Positions 37,771-51,605 of a stretch of DNA of 64,000 nucleotides are shown piece after piece. The stretch comes from Callorhinchus milii (lineage: Eukaryota), in contig NW_024704743.1 of assembly GCF_018977255.1 (NCBI RefSeq), positions 36,148,001 through 36,212,000 of the forward strand, given 5' to 3'. Positions within the stretch are counted from its first letter, which is position 1. Every line of letters starts with the position of its first letter. A program made the translations under genes and the position numbers. The notes beneath the pieces were generated by a model. That model had not been told where the DNA came from, ran no database searches, and saw only the letters and a list, made by a program, of their open reading frames with translations.

Positions 37771-40259
37771 CACCTATAAAGGTATAAGTTTTTAAGTCTA
37801 ATATAAGTCAATTTCTCTAACCTCTGTAAGTCAATCTGAATTTTAGCAAGATTCCAACAGATTTTCTTATTCCTTATTCAGGAATCTCATAAAGAAATAT
37901 CACAAATTATTCCCCAATGTTTACGTTTGCTTTTTCATGAAAGAATGCTGCTTGAAAATGTATATCCAATATCCCAGTAAATAAAACAATATATATAATT
38001 TAAAATACTCTCAAGATTATATTAAAGCTTTGTAGCATATTCCTAGGTTTCATTTACTCTAATTTACTTCACCTTTTTGAAATTAATGAGTCTGCTTGAC
38101 TCTCATCTCTGTGACTGACTCATACTGTAGATGTTCAGCTCACATGCTTTAAAGGTGAAAAAAACCTATATAGGAATAAGGTCAGTGAGACATCCTATTA
38201 TAGATATTTAATTATTGGAATATTATTGTAGGGTAACAATTGAATTACAAAGCCTCAGAGGAAGTGGTGCCTTTGATGGAAAAACGGTTTCTGCACCTAA
38301 AATCCATCTATTGGTGTACTTAGATCCCCTTGTAGATCATACTGACTCTCAAGAACTTGGCTCCAACCTACTGTTGACCCTGCAGTTTTGCAATTTACGG
38401 GCTTTTTCCATTTTATGAAGGCAATTGGAATCTTAAGTTACACATTAAGATGCAAACTGTGTACATTCAAGGATATTTCACTGACAGTCAATAACGCTGC
38501 TGAGAGAATATAATGAGAGTATTGTGTTCAGCTTTCTCATTATACTTTATGACATTGAGGAATTGGAAAGGATTGAAAGAAAAATAATAATGGTGATCTT
38601 TGTCTGTAAGTGTTACTCACTGTATTGAATGGTTAACAAAGCTACAATCTCGTCACTTTGTAAAAAGCTGACTAAGAATGGATGTAGGACTTTATTTTCA
38701 TTATAAAATTGTGAAGGAAATATGTATGAATGTTCTTCCAACTGAATCAAGAACCAAATCAGAAGAGAGATTATAAACATAAGCAAGTAAACGCAACTTA
38801 CGATGTATCGGCTGCAGACTTAGTCTAGCCTGTAAATTAACAATACGGTACAGCAAATACAGACTCAGTTGTAGAATTTAAAAAGGAATCAACAGATTTC
38901 CGATAGTGAGAGAATGCAGATATATTATAGGTCAGTTGGATAGCAAAACAAGATGGTGGCAAAGTTACCTGAGCCAGTCTTCAATGTTGATCTATCAGTT
39001 GAAGAGACACAATTCCCCATGAGGCACTTCTCTCATTTCTGCCTTATATTCTTCTACCCCAGCAAACACTCTGCTCTCCCATTTAAATCTGCAATAAAAT
39101 AGAGAAAAGAGGGTGTGTTGTAAATATTACAAATATTTGTTCACGTGAAATTTACAGTTATATTTGTCCCTGGTGATGAATGGATTTGTTGACCACAAAT
39201 ATTTTTTTCCTCACTTTAAGGACTGCACAAAGTTGCTGATCAATCGCACAACAGCCTAACTACATTTCCCAGAGTGTGGCTCAACTCCACTGATTGTTGA
39301 ATTCAATGAGAGGAGATTATTAAGTACTTCTCCCCAATTAATTGTGCTTTTTATAAAAGTCTTCATAATTCACAAAGGTTACTTTTATATCCACTTACCT
39401 TAGAGAGAAAACAGTGGTACCCTGTCAAAACAAAATCTGTATGTTATGAACTGTGCTGTGACATCAGTCATCTTGTCTATTTTCAATTCCTCTAGTAAAG
39501 ACTCAGTACATTTCCCTACAAATACAGTAACTAATTTTTACATGAAATCCTGTGAAGTGCTTTGAGACATTTTTGACAATATGATATTGCTCTATATGAT
39601 ATGCAAGGATTATTTCTATTTTTCCATTATTGCTATTAGATCACAGTCTCTTAGACATTTTGCAAAAAATCCATTCCACCTTTGAAGAAGGCATTTAATG
39701 CTTTTCTGCCTGAAAATGGCATCTGTGTCAACCTCATCTGTCAAGAGTGCAGCAGCATGGAGCCTGGTGAGACTCCACACGAGGGATTTTTGCCTGTCAA
39801 TCATCCTGTCAATCAGAAGATGGGACTGTCCAGTAATGTGATTCCATTAGCACTCCGGCACAGTGAGTATGCTGCCATTAGTTTTGATTGCAAAGGTTAG
39901 TGAGTTAATTTAAATGCCAACTTGTGATCCATAATGAATTGCTTTAGTTGGTTTCCCATAATCAAACACATTTAAACTGGGATAAAAGGAAACACATCAC
40001 TTGAAGGCATCAATATAGAAATGTCTGCTGCTTCAATGCACTGCACTGTTTCCCAAGTGTAGTCAACTCCAGCTCAGTTGGAACGTTCGACTGTGAAATA
40101 CATTCCAGATTGAGCAAAGTAGGAGGATGCAGACTTGGCACAGAAACAGGAGAAAGATGAAAATGATTTGCTTCGTTCTCATAAACAAGACAGATGCAGT
40201 GACTGTCTGGAATTGATTTTGTAGATTCTCCCCTTTATTTCCATCCTCCTCCCTGAAAT

Positions 40260-40645
40260 ACTAATGCCTACTGCAGTATGGTTCCGTCCCCACAGTCAAT
40301 TCTAAATCCATGTCTTGCCCTTGATACCCTGTGGCCACTGTAGGTGGAGGTGTTTTCACGTATTTTTCAAACGCCTTTTGGAAGTCTAGAAATACAACAT
40401 ATGGTTTCCCATAGTAAACCTGACAAGACAAGACTACACTTTCTAAACCCATGTTGACTATCATTTATTAGATTATTTTATATAAGTAATCTTCCACTTC
40501 TTTTCTGATGATTGACTCTATACGTTATCCTATTTGAGGTCAGGCTAATAGGTCTAAAGTTGCCGCTTTAGTTCTGTTACCTTTCTTGAATACAGTAACA
40601 ACATCTGCTTGCTTCCAGTCTGTTGGGACCTCCCCAGTACTGATT
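40260..40645 (-). mobile_element. Old CR1 RT fragment
   Basis: Minus-strand VPTDWKQA, NFRPISLT and VVFLDFQKAF motifs. Confidence 0.8.
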
Positions 40646-43600
40646 TTCTCTCTCATACCACAGCACCATGTGCTGATGATACACATACTGCACAGCTGGA
40701 CTAGCTTTGTCATTAGGTTTGAACACCACTCATCCTGTTCAGAAAATGTTTACTCTCAAAATAAAACCATTACCTTTTAACTGCTCAAAGCACTTTAAGA
40801 ACAGGGTTACACAATCTTCTGGATTTCTTCAGAAATTTCTTATGTAGACTGTTGATAACCATTTACAAGCATTTGATTTGATTTATCATATTGGAAGATT
40901 GGGAAAAAATAACCAAGGTCAACGCATAATTTCTGGGAGGTAATTTGGTCATCATATATTGCGAGCATTTGTAATAAGGGCCTGGCATTATTCCATTTCT
41001 TTCTGAAAGCAGAAGCTGACTTGAGCTCGCCATAAGCTCTTGAGTTAAGAACGGCTGTCTTTCAGGCTCTCTTTGGCGAGGCTCTCCTTTTACATCCTCC
41101 AAACTGTCTGTTGCATTTTCTGAGTTGTTTGATTCTGAAAGCATGGCATCCAACTTGTTTGTAAGATTAAAAGTAGCATTTTGAAAAAAATACCACCCTT
41201 ATTCATTCATACCATGTTACTATTTTTAATTGCGAAGAGCCTTCAAAATGTATAATATAAAAAAATTTAATCATTTAATTTTAATGTTTTATGGTGGTAT
41301 TTTGCCAAGAACAAACTTGGAATTTGTTTAATTGGGATTAATCGTATTGGACCATCAAACAGCCATATTTTGAGATGATGAATCAATCTTTAATCTGAAG
41401 TAATTATGGAATTAATTTGTTCTGCACAATCTATCAGATTGTAATTAATTGTGCTTTAATGGAAATTCCTTTGGATGCCGTGTGGAGAGAAAAAAGGAAT
41501 TAAAAAAAGTCTGCAAAATTATCGGAAGACAATTTTATATAATTCCTACCCTTCATTGTTCTTGATAATGTTTGCTGAGAAAGGCGGAATGAGCACTCCA
41601 GACGGTTTCTTGTGTCAATTAAATTCTACTTTGAGACAGACTGCAGAAGACGTTTGGGGTGATTGTAATTGGATTTCCTTCACTCCAAACTCATACTTTC
41701 TGATCCCCGATTCCAGTTTAGTTTTCCTCTTAGTCTGTAAAACCATTTTGTTTTAAAATGAAAAATCACACAGAGTTGGGGGAAAAAATGGTTAAATTTA
41801 GTTTTAAGAAGTTTGAAGCAGTTGGTCAGCAAGCTCAGCAAACTAATCATAGAGCTTTGTCCTCTTAAAGTTCACATCAATCCCAGCAGTCAGACTGAAC
41901 TTTAATTTGGCAACATTTTATTCTAAATTACAAAAAAAATTATCTTGACAAAAAAACAGAAATTAAATCACAGCTATTGCTGGATAAAATTTAGTTTAGG
42001 GTAAGTATTTGTTTACTTTTACCATTTATGGCAATCATGGTAGATGTTGATGGCCATTATGATAATACTTGGTGCCTCCCTGAATTATTGTTTTTTTGCG
42101 CTGCAGGTTCCCTCAAGAACTTTGCTGAGGAACTCACATTTAGGGGAGATCAATGAATATTTTTTACATGGAGGTTGTCAGGATATTGAATGATCTACCT
42201 GGAAATGTACTTGCGCAGAATCTATAATTAGCTTTAAAGAGGGAACGGATAACATTTTGACAGATTTAACTCTAGCGTGTTGAGATATGTTTGTGCTGTA
42301 CATTTCTATAATATCATTTCATCCCTTCTGCATTTGTCATTGCCCTGAAAATGTTCTGGTTGTCAGTAAACTGTTCAAGAAGCATTGCATGGTCTGAAAT
42401 ACTGGCAAAGGTTTACGAAAAATGAAACAGAGAAGAATTATGTTCAGGAGGTTTGAAACCTCTTTTTAAATTCCACTTTGCTTGTGCGGTGTCACTTCAG
42501 CATCTTAAACTTGCACAAAGTTAGCAGTTTAAACTTACACAACATGACTAAAAGGGGTGATTGTATGATCATCGGTAAATGGAATGACCTTCATCCCATT
42601 GTAAACTCGTTCCGCAGAGGTTGGGAAAATTACCAATTGAAGAATGGGCCCTCAATACTGTAAAATTCCAGTGTGGCAACTGCTCATTCAGTAACCACTT
42701 TGAAAGGCGAATGAATTAGAATCTCAAAGCCTTTTCCCAAGGTAAAACATAACTCGAAATAAAATGTCGGATGTCTTGAATATTAATTAGAACATAATTC
42801 AAGACATTGCTGAAGGATCATGGTAGTTTTATATACTGCCTGAGTCTGCTGGGTGTAGCTGTGGAATGCTAAACATTTTACTTCAAGCAATTTTATCCCT
42901 TCCTTCTGTAAGAAGAATGATGCATTTTGGATGGCAGCGGTTGGATGTTGTGCATCAATAATTGGGGAAGTTATTTGATAAATACGTGAACAAAATAGGA
43001 AGGAAGTTTATCCAGTGAGTTGTTGTAGGATAGTGGCAATGAATCATAAAGTCACAGGTCCAAATCCTGGTCTGGGCATTAGTCAGCTGGTTCCTAAATT
43101 CTGAATGTACCTTAGAGCCCTATTATACATGGGAGGCCATAATTTCACTCTGAGATGCTACCCTGCATGAAGGCCACCATATAAATGCAAGTTGTTGTTG
43201 TTGTAACAGGGTGTGATCAGCAGTGAGTGGTTTTGCAATCACTGCTCATGCGCCAACAGAATCCTGGTCAGCACAAGGTCACCAGTTGGCTTCCTCTACT
43301 AAAACATGGCTGACATTTGGGTTAACAGGTCACTGCCGATGTCACTTCCCATAAGCTGCTTATTTGCAGCAAGTGACAGGGGCAGAGACATGGTGACCCA
43401 GAAGTTGGCCATTATTTATTGTGGAAGAAGCCAGGCGGCATTTTAAAGCGAGCTGGGCAGTGTGTTCTGCAAGCAAGTTGAATCTTTTGATAAGTAAATG
43501 CCATGATCCATACTGCATAAGTGAACCCTGGATAGAACAACACATATTTGTAATGGGGTATTACTGTCTCAAGTTTGCTTCAACATACTTTGCAGTTAAT

Positions 43601-44367
43601 TTTCCCCCTTTTCTGTAAATGTCTGAGTGGGATGATGATGATGATGTTAAACAAGCATGGTTTGTCTGTGTGGAAAATTTCTGCATTCGTGAATCTGCTT
43701 TAAAATAGGCTAGTGAAGAGACTACCTCATGCAGGGCATGGCTGCCTGCCAGGTGTTAATGGTAGGCCCATTGCTTCTGCTCCAGGTTTTAATGGTCTGT
43801 AGAGGCAATCGAAGACTGCTGATCAACTTTCTAAATTGCCGGCAATTTTTGCTGCATTCTCCACAGATTTGATTGGGCCATAAACCATTAATTAAACTTA
43901 TATTTCACAAGACTATGTGAAACCGAGCGAAAGTAACAGTCCTCTGGGTGTGATTTGTTTGAGATCCTATAAGAAAAAACAGCGCGCTTAAATGAATTTG
44001 ACTGCTGAATTTAAATACCTAGTAAGTTTAAAACCTTTTATGTCTTTTATGAGTTTAAAACCTTTTAGACATGTCACATCTTTTCGACAAGAGTCCAAGC
44101 TTGGTCCTAATATTATTCCAACACATTTCAGCAGTAACATGGTACAGGGAAGAATTTAAATTACAACTCAAGATCCTGCACAGCTTACATTCATGTCACA
44201 TTTCACTATAAACGAATAGTTGTATAGTACTGTACAGTAAAACTCACATATGTCATATCAGTCGGGACTATAACATTTAATATGACTTACTTGAAGTCCA
44301 AGTTGCAGACAAACTGCATAAGTCGCATAAAATCTAATTTAACCAGTAATCTACACTGCCCTTGCGT

Positions 44368-44638
44368 AATTCAATGTAGCAGTAGTTCTTCACTGCAGCC
44401 GGTAAGTGACGGACCAGGATGATATTTCCTGTGATTCAATGTGTCTTGACCCGCCGCCACATAAGCACTTACCAACAAGGATTGGAATCGTATTGAATCA
44501 CTGGAAACAAAGTTCTTCTGCGCATGCACCGACGGATCAAGATTATGTTTCCCACTATTCAGTGCAACCGGCTGATAAGTGAGCATGCATGGACGGATCA
44601 GGACATCATTTCCCGCAATTCAATGGAGCCGGTAAGTG
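44368..44638. repeat. Diverged ~60-bp repeat cluster with three direct units and one inverted unit
   Basis: GACGGAYCARGA..TTTCC...ATTCARTG at 44408, 44531 and 44592; inverted unit at ~44466-44527. Confidence 0.75.
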
Positions 44639-45409
44639 CAGGAGTAATGGAGGGTAGGAGAACAGTGTTACGAGTTAGGAGATGATTGATATGAGAAAGA
44701 AATCTAAGTGGTTTTGATAGGAAACTGAATGCACGACTTAGGCAACTTGCTGGCCAATTGACTAACAACCAGGTTCCTACCTGCGGCTAGTTTTTATTAT
44801 ATTAAATTAATATTTAATTCACCAACCAAAAGTCACAATTAAATCAAGTATGTTTTGTGAATGTAGTACTTTGAATGCCAATCTCTCTATAGTCTAGCCC
44901 TTTAGCCATCTGTTGCTTCACAAGCTGGGTGGAAATGGCTTGCTGGACAATTGATGTATAGTTACAGCATTTGGTGACTTGAAACTTCAAATCTCCTTGC
45001 AAACACACATCATGAAAATTATACTACATTCAGCAGCAGGAGAAATTTCTCACCCACAACCAATGTGTCAACAGAGTCAGTGTCCCACTAAAAATATCTG
45101 CAAACCTGCACAGCTCCTATTGTGAATGCACATGTTACAACTCTGCAGGAGAGATGATAGCTAATAACTAAATCTTTACATAACAGTTGGAAATCTCCCA
45201 GCCTACACTTGCTGCTTACCTGCTGCGTGATGGACAGCCTGAGAAATCGAACAAGAAGTTCAGAAGGAATGAGTTTGCATAGTTAGGCATTACGGACAGG
45301 GAACAACCTGAACTGTTAATTATATCAAATATAGTTTTTGTTCTGCCAACAGAGCAGAAAGCACTTCTTCCAGGAAAATCTCTAGAAAACTGTACAAAAG
45401 CAATTCCAG

Positions 45410-45670
45410 TACCTAGAATTACACAGAATGATACGGATTGGAAGCAGGTATTTGGCCACCTTGTTCGTGCTGGTGTTTATACTCCCCACAAGCTCGCACC
45501 CCTCCTATTACCCTCTCCAATACCGCTGTATTCCCTTCTCCCTCAAGTATGCATTACGTTTCTTCTTAAATTAAATTAAATGATATGTTTTGCCTCACCC
45601 ATAGTTTCCGGCAGTTCTCACAATATTCTCATCACGCTCCGTGTCAAGAATTTCCTCCAAAACTCCTCAT
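45410..45670 (-). mobile_element. CR1 3' fragment; similar decayed CR1 3' pieces at ~9870, 33740, 38760, 42140, 47960 and 60540
   Basis: Reverse-complemented CR1 C-terminal and 3'UTR pattern (ccctcaagtatgc..., cacaatattctcatcacgctccgtgtcaagaatttcctcc). Confidence 0.6.
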
Positions 45671-45674
45671 TAGA

Positions 45675-46069
45675 TAATAATAATAATAATAATAATCGTA
45701 ATCCTTGCATTTGATGTAGCACCTTATCACGTCTTCTAGACGTCTCAAAGCGCTTCACAGAATATACTGTAAAGTGAATTGACTGTATGTTTTGTGGGCG
45801 AAATGCGGCAGCCAATTGCGCACAGCCAAACAGTCATGGATTAAGTGAACAAATTATCATTCATTCATTCATTCATTCGTTCATTCTTTGAGAAGGGATT
45901 ATTACCCTGGGAAGTGATCTACCAATCGACTAACAACTGGGTTCCTACATACTGCTAGGTAAACAGAGACATGTAGAGTAAGGAAACTTGCCAACGTTCC
46001 GCCCTGCCGGGATTCAAACCCAAGTCTTCTCGCTTGCGAAGCGAGTGCTCTAACCACTGAGCTACAGGA
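45675..46069 (-). mobile_element. tRNA-Ala SINE, long subtype, with an internal (ATTC)n microsatellite
   Basis: Complete head at ~46000-46069 and an extra internal segment at ~45900-45970. Confidence 0.9.
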
Positions 46070-47452
46070 TCTACTAGTAACTAGAATCTGCTGGAATAGG
46101 CAATGGACTGAACCTTTGTAAAATATAAAAACTGCAGCTATAACCTCTTATATCGTTGAGATCAGCAGCACCAAGACATGGTAAACATTAGAATGAACTA
46201 GAAGATCAAAGGAACTAAATGGCAAATAACCCTTTACAGAATTCTTATTCTGCACATGTGATCCAAGTGTTCTGCCTGTCCTTTGATGAGGTAAAAGAAC
46301 GTGGTCCAACAGTCGCTCGTGGGATGATTTTGTCCGGCCCTCAAACCATTTCCGACTTCACTGCTTTACCTCCCAGCTACGCTTCTCTCCTGGTCGGTCT
46401 CTATGAGGCAGTGCGGAGAGTAACAAGAAGAAGGCCAGAGTGGGAGATATTCATCTCCTACCCTGCCCATCACCTTTAGTGCTCCTTGAGCCTCGTGCAA
46501 CCTGGTGAGACACAGCGAGCAGCAATTTTGCGATTCTAAAACTACAGAGCTATGAGTCTCAGTAGGAAACACAAGATAGATATGGAAACTAGAGGATTTC
46601 AGTGTACGTGCAAAGTTGATTACTTGTTTATTGAAAGTTATGAAAAACCTCAGTGCCTTGTTTGCTTGCAAGTCATATTTATATTGAAGGAGTTCAGAGT
46701 TAGTTTTGCAATTATGAATTAATCTGTTTTGGTTTTGTTGAGCATTCTCTGTAGGGGCCTCCATATGAGTTGATATCTTGTGTTTTGACTTTAATACATT
46801 AAAAAAATTGCTGCGTATATTTCCATTTGAGATGATCATTATTAAGTAATACAGTCAAACAATTTAAAACAGAGGATTTCTCTATGATTCTTTTATGTTT
46901 CTGGAAGGGGAAAATACACAGTATTGCTTCTGTGGCCAGCGGACATTTCTCAAGAGGTTGGACCACCCTGAGATAAATGATCGGTTGATTAAAATACAAC
47001 AAATATGGTTGATTGGATGGAGTTATATTCTATTTCTAAGCCCAGTGACTTTCATGATGTGGACTGATAATGAGATTTCCCCAGTGTTTGCCATCAACGT
47101 GGCTGCATTGAGCACAGCACACACTATATCTCGCCACATATTGTAATGTGTCCTATCTGAGCCCTCAGTTCTTAGACTTTCTAGCCGTTCTTTCCCAGGT
47201 ATGTTTTTCTGATAGTTACCTGTCTGGCAGTGTTCAGGAATACCAGAAATTCTCATATGTCTGTTAAAATAGGAGAATTCTATTTTCCTGTAGCTTGTGT
47301 GTGGCAGATTTCTATATCACATTCTGCTGTCATCGGCAAAGAATGGGATGATCTCTGAATCTGACAACAACATCCAATAAAACTGTTAATATCAATCTAA
47401 AGCGGTATTGATTTTATTTTATATATTGATTTTATAAAATGATATTGATTTT

Positions 47453-47716
47453 GAGACCTGGGTTCGATTCCTCGCAGGGCGAAACCTTGGGCAAGTTTAC
47501 TTGCTCCACATGCCTGATAACAATCCCTCAAGAAAAAAAACAATAATAATTTGGTCACTTCAATCCATAACTGTTTGTGGGACACTACTGTGTACAATTG
47601 GCTGCTGCGTTTCGCCCCCCAAAATGCAGTCAATTCACTTAACAGTATACTCTGTAAAGCTCTTTGAGACATCTAGAAGACGTGAAAAGTGCTATTTCAA
47701 ATTCAAGGATTATTAT
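47453..47716 (+). mobile_element. 5'-truncated tRNA SINE
   Basis: gagacctGGGTTCGATTCC...gcgaaaccttgggcaagttt...ggattattat. Confidence 0.88.
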
Positions 47717-49879
47717 GAATAAATCATTAGCATCACTGTTAATACTTGTACTTAATCTGACTTAATCCAATCCTAACTGATGGGTTGAAAGCCGCCTTTC
47801 ACCTTTGTGAAATGAACGTTTATCCTAGCTCCTACTGGACAAGGGCCAAAGGCATAGAACTGTCCTTAATGGCATGAAATTGAAAATCTCACTCGAGAAG
47901 CCACAAGAGGCTGGTGTGGGAAATAAACACATATTGCTCCAATAGGGGAGACAGATAATTGTCCAGGTTGGAGCATTTCTCTCTGGAGATGAAACGATTG
48001 GCAGGAGACCTGGTAGTGGTGTTTAAGATTATGAAAGAATTCATTCAGCTGGGCATTAATAGGATGTATCCACTTGTTGTTGAGTCCAAAATTAGAGAGG
48101 CATAAACATAGATATTCAGCAACAGATTTAAAATGGAGTTACACAGAGGCTGATGGAAGCTGTGGTTCAAGCAAAAAAATCAATATATTTAAGAGAAAAC
48201 CTAATGCATACATGAGGGAGAAGGGAATAGAGAAGGTAAATAGGAGAAGCTGCCTACCTTTTCATAGAATCACAGACATTTACAGCACAGAAGGAGGCCC
48301 ATCAAGTCTGTACTGGCTCTTAGATCCCACTGTTCTGCCCCAGCCCATACCCTATACTTTAGTGCCTCTTATAGGAAAGTGCATGATGGTGAGCAATATG
48401 TAAGGATAGAGCTCGGCAGCAATTACGCCCACACTTGAAAAGCTTGTTTAAGTTCACCGTTTAGATTCACAAGTGAAGAACGGAGACATTGTCAAAGATA
48501 CAACTCTCCAAAAACAAGTCAACCCTCCAAACTTTAGGTACGATACTAGATAATTCAACCAGGCATAACCAGCAGCATTATTCCTCCTTCAACACCAAAA
48601 GCTTATTGCTCCCTGCTTATTCTCCCTTCTTCTTATTAAGAGAAAGTAGTTAAACAGTATTAGCTATTCTCATCCAGATATCCTTACTCTTGTCAGTTTA
48701 TGATCAAGGAGAAGAATTATGTAAAAGCATCAGGAGGAGAAGGGCCCATTGACTTGCTGTCACCATGTTAGCACTGACCTTCCTTGAGACCTGCAATACA
48801 GATGACAGAAAATAGATTTGCAAGATAAATATAACCAAATTTGGATACAATCTAAATTGCACATTAGTGTTACAATTAACTTTCAGTGTCGTAGCGAATT
48901 AGATTTTTGAGGTAAATTCTCTTTTTAACATGTGAAATCCAGTACTGTGCCCTGCGCTGTTGTGTAGCAGTGAACTGTGGGCACGTTTCGCCCACAAAAT
49001 ATACAGTCAATTCACTTTACAGTATATTCTATGAAGTGCTTTGAGACGTCTCGAAGATGTTATAACGCGCTATATCAAATGCAAGGATTATTATTATATC
49101 TATCTGCCTGCCTGCCTGTCTATCCAAGCAATCAACAATTTTGAGGTTCCTCCACACTGGCGGGACTTTCTAAATATAGGCGATAGAAACGGGATCATTT
49201 GCCTTTCCTCTTGTGTTAAGTGCAATCCACAGTCATCTGGTAAACATGATGAATGAGCCAGAAAAGTAGTTCAGAGTAGCACGACCTTGTTACTGGATGA
49301 AGAATGTACTTGTTAACAAAATAGTATAAATTCTGGAGTACCATAGCATCACTATCAACACAACGTGATGGGACAGTGGAGTAGGTAAAAATGTCAAATA
49401 TTCATCACTCTTTGAAGAGTGCAGCCCAAACCATCCTTTGGTTATTGACTATTTTCACATGTGACACTCCCTAGACCTTGGACACCAGCATTGTTTTGGC
49501 AATTAAGTGCAGAGTTTCAGTGCTGCTTCACAGAATACTATTGGCTTAATTCAGTCAGCATTGTACTGCCATCCAGTGAAGCACTCCACACGGTAATAAT
49601 ACTAGTGTGGTCAGATGATTCAGCTGACTTTACACCTAACTACTATGCCGAAGTGGAGTGGTGGTCACACCCAAAACCAGTTAAACATAAGAGCAGGAGG
49701 AGATTATTCAACCCATTGACTGTAGGTTGATATTTGATATTTAAAGACTGGTTTGGATTTCAATTAGGATAAATATTCAAAACATCAAGTACTAGATGAT
49801 CCTCAATGTTCTTGAACTGAAAGTTGACAAACCCAAAGCTTGGCCCCTCCTGAAACCTTGTCATCTCTGACTCTGACTG

Positions 49880-50180
49880 TATTCTTCCCCTGACTGCTCA
49901 CTTGAGCTCACAGAGTAGCAGTGCAGAATCAAAGCGTTCTGTTCACCCCTTACTTCTCTTTTAAGCCTTTTATTTGGACCTTGACTAAGTGCTTGATGTC
50001 AAGCAACATCTCCCACCTCCGTCTGTACTTCACTCCTATTGAAGCCAAAACCCTCACCCACGCCTTTGTTACCTCCAGCCTTGATTTCTTTGTTGATCTC
50101 CTTGCTGACTTACCACCTCAACCGTCCGCAAGCTACAGATCATTCAAAATTTTGCAGCCTGTTTTCCCACACTAGGCTTT
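49880..50180 (+). mobile_element. Decayed L2 ORF2 fragment
   Basis: NISHLRLYFTPIEAKTLTHAFVTSSLD peptide. Confidence 0.75.
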
Positions 50181-50809
50181 AGGCGCCATTATCACCATCC
50201 ACCCTAAGCTCCTCCAGCTCCTACAAAATACAGTCACTCAATTTAAGGTAAGTCGTGTGAAGCACTTTGAGCAGTCCGCAAATGGAAGGAGTATTATTCC
50301 TAAAGCAGATTGACTTTCAAATCCTTATTCTGACTTTCAAATGCCATCTATGCCTTTGTCAAATTTTAAATTTTCTGCAGTAGAACCTTTTTGAACACTT
50401 TACAATTGTACTGGCTATATCGAGGACTCTGTGATAATTGGACAAGATTTGTTCAATTTGTGTCATAACAAATTTAGTTGATGTGATAAAAGTGCTATCA
50501 AATGCAAGAATGTTTCATTCAATTCAACATTTGAAATACTATACAGGTCACAGCTGTAATGAATCCCAATTCACAAGCCTGGTATATTAAGTAACTCCTT
50601 TATTCTCTGCTCATAATAATCCTTACTCCAACCATAAACCCATACCAGTTGTTCAAGCTCTCCGGGACACTGCCCGACGTGAAGGGTGTTATATAAATGC
50701 ATGTTGTTGTTGTCCCAGAATCCCTTTTTATACTTCCTGGTCTTCTTTCATCAGTTCCCAGTTAATTGCCTACTTACTCTTAAAGGCCTTTCCAACAACA
50801 ACTGCCTTG

Positions 50810-51605
50810 TTTTGCCTTGTCCTTTCCTGCATTAGGCTCAGTGAGCCTATCACCCCCATTCTTGGCGGCTCTTTTCGCTCCCTATTCCCCAGCGGATCTA
50901 TTTCAAGATCCTTGTCCTCACCTTCAAATCTCTCCATGCTCTTGCCCCACACTATCTCTACAACCTCCTCAAACCACACCGACCTGGTTGCTCACCACTC
51001 AGCGGGCCCTAGCCTGCTTCATGTCCCCCGCCACCATCCATGGTTGGGCTTTCAGCATATTTGCTCCCACTCTCTGGAACTCCGTCTCTGGTCCTTCCAA
51101 CTTGCCCCCTCCCTCAACTCCTTCAAGATGTGGAGTCCTGTAGCTCAGTGGTTAGAGCACTCGCTTTGCAAGCGAGAGACCTGAGTTCATTTCCAGGCAG
51201 GGCGAAACCTTGGGCAAGTTTCCTTACTCCACACACCTAATAATAATCCCTCTAAAACCAAAAACAATAATACATTGGTCATTTTCAATCTACGACGGTT
51301 TGTGGGACATTGCTGTGCGCAATTGGCTGCCGCGTTCGCCCACAAATATACAGTCAATTCACTTTACAGTGTGTTCTGTGAAGCGCTTTGGGATGTCCTC
51401 CCGACGTGAAAAGCGCTATATCAAATACAAGGATTATTATTATTATCCATCTGAAGACCTTCCTCTTTGACCATGCCATCGGTTATCTTTCCCCTCCTCA
51501 CCCCTCGGCTCCCACACCCAGCTCAAGTGCCAAGTCGGGACTGCCAAGCAGCTTGGAACGTCCTCCTGACGTGAAAGGAGTTGTACACATTTGTATCGTT
51601 TTGTT
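50810..51605 (+). mobile_element. L2 3' fragment interrupted by the SINE at 51130-51446
   Basis: ...ctccttcaagat|SINE|ccatctgaagaccttcctctttgac... is continuous L2 sequence (FK..LKTFLF). Confidence 0.85.
51130..51446 (+). mobile_element. Full-length young tRNA-Ala SINE
   Basis: Same structure as the 25699 copy. Confidence 0.93.

Noticed and set aside
39682..39900. Plus-strand ORF with a gtgagt donor-like site
   Set aside because: No resemblance to the expected next MYRIP exon (LEW.Y.NVK.RFKRFGSAKV) and no good acceptor.
40863..41153. Protein-looking minus-strand ORF (DAMLSESNNSENATDSLEDVKGEP...)
   Set aside because: No recognisable domain, no strong donor, and its length is within chance.
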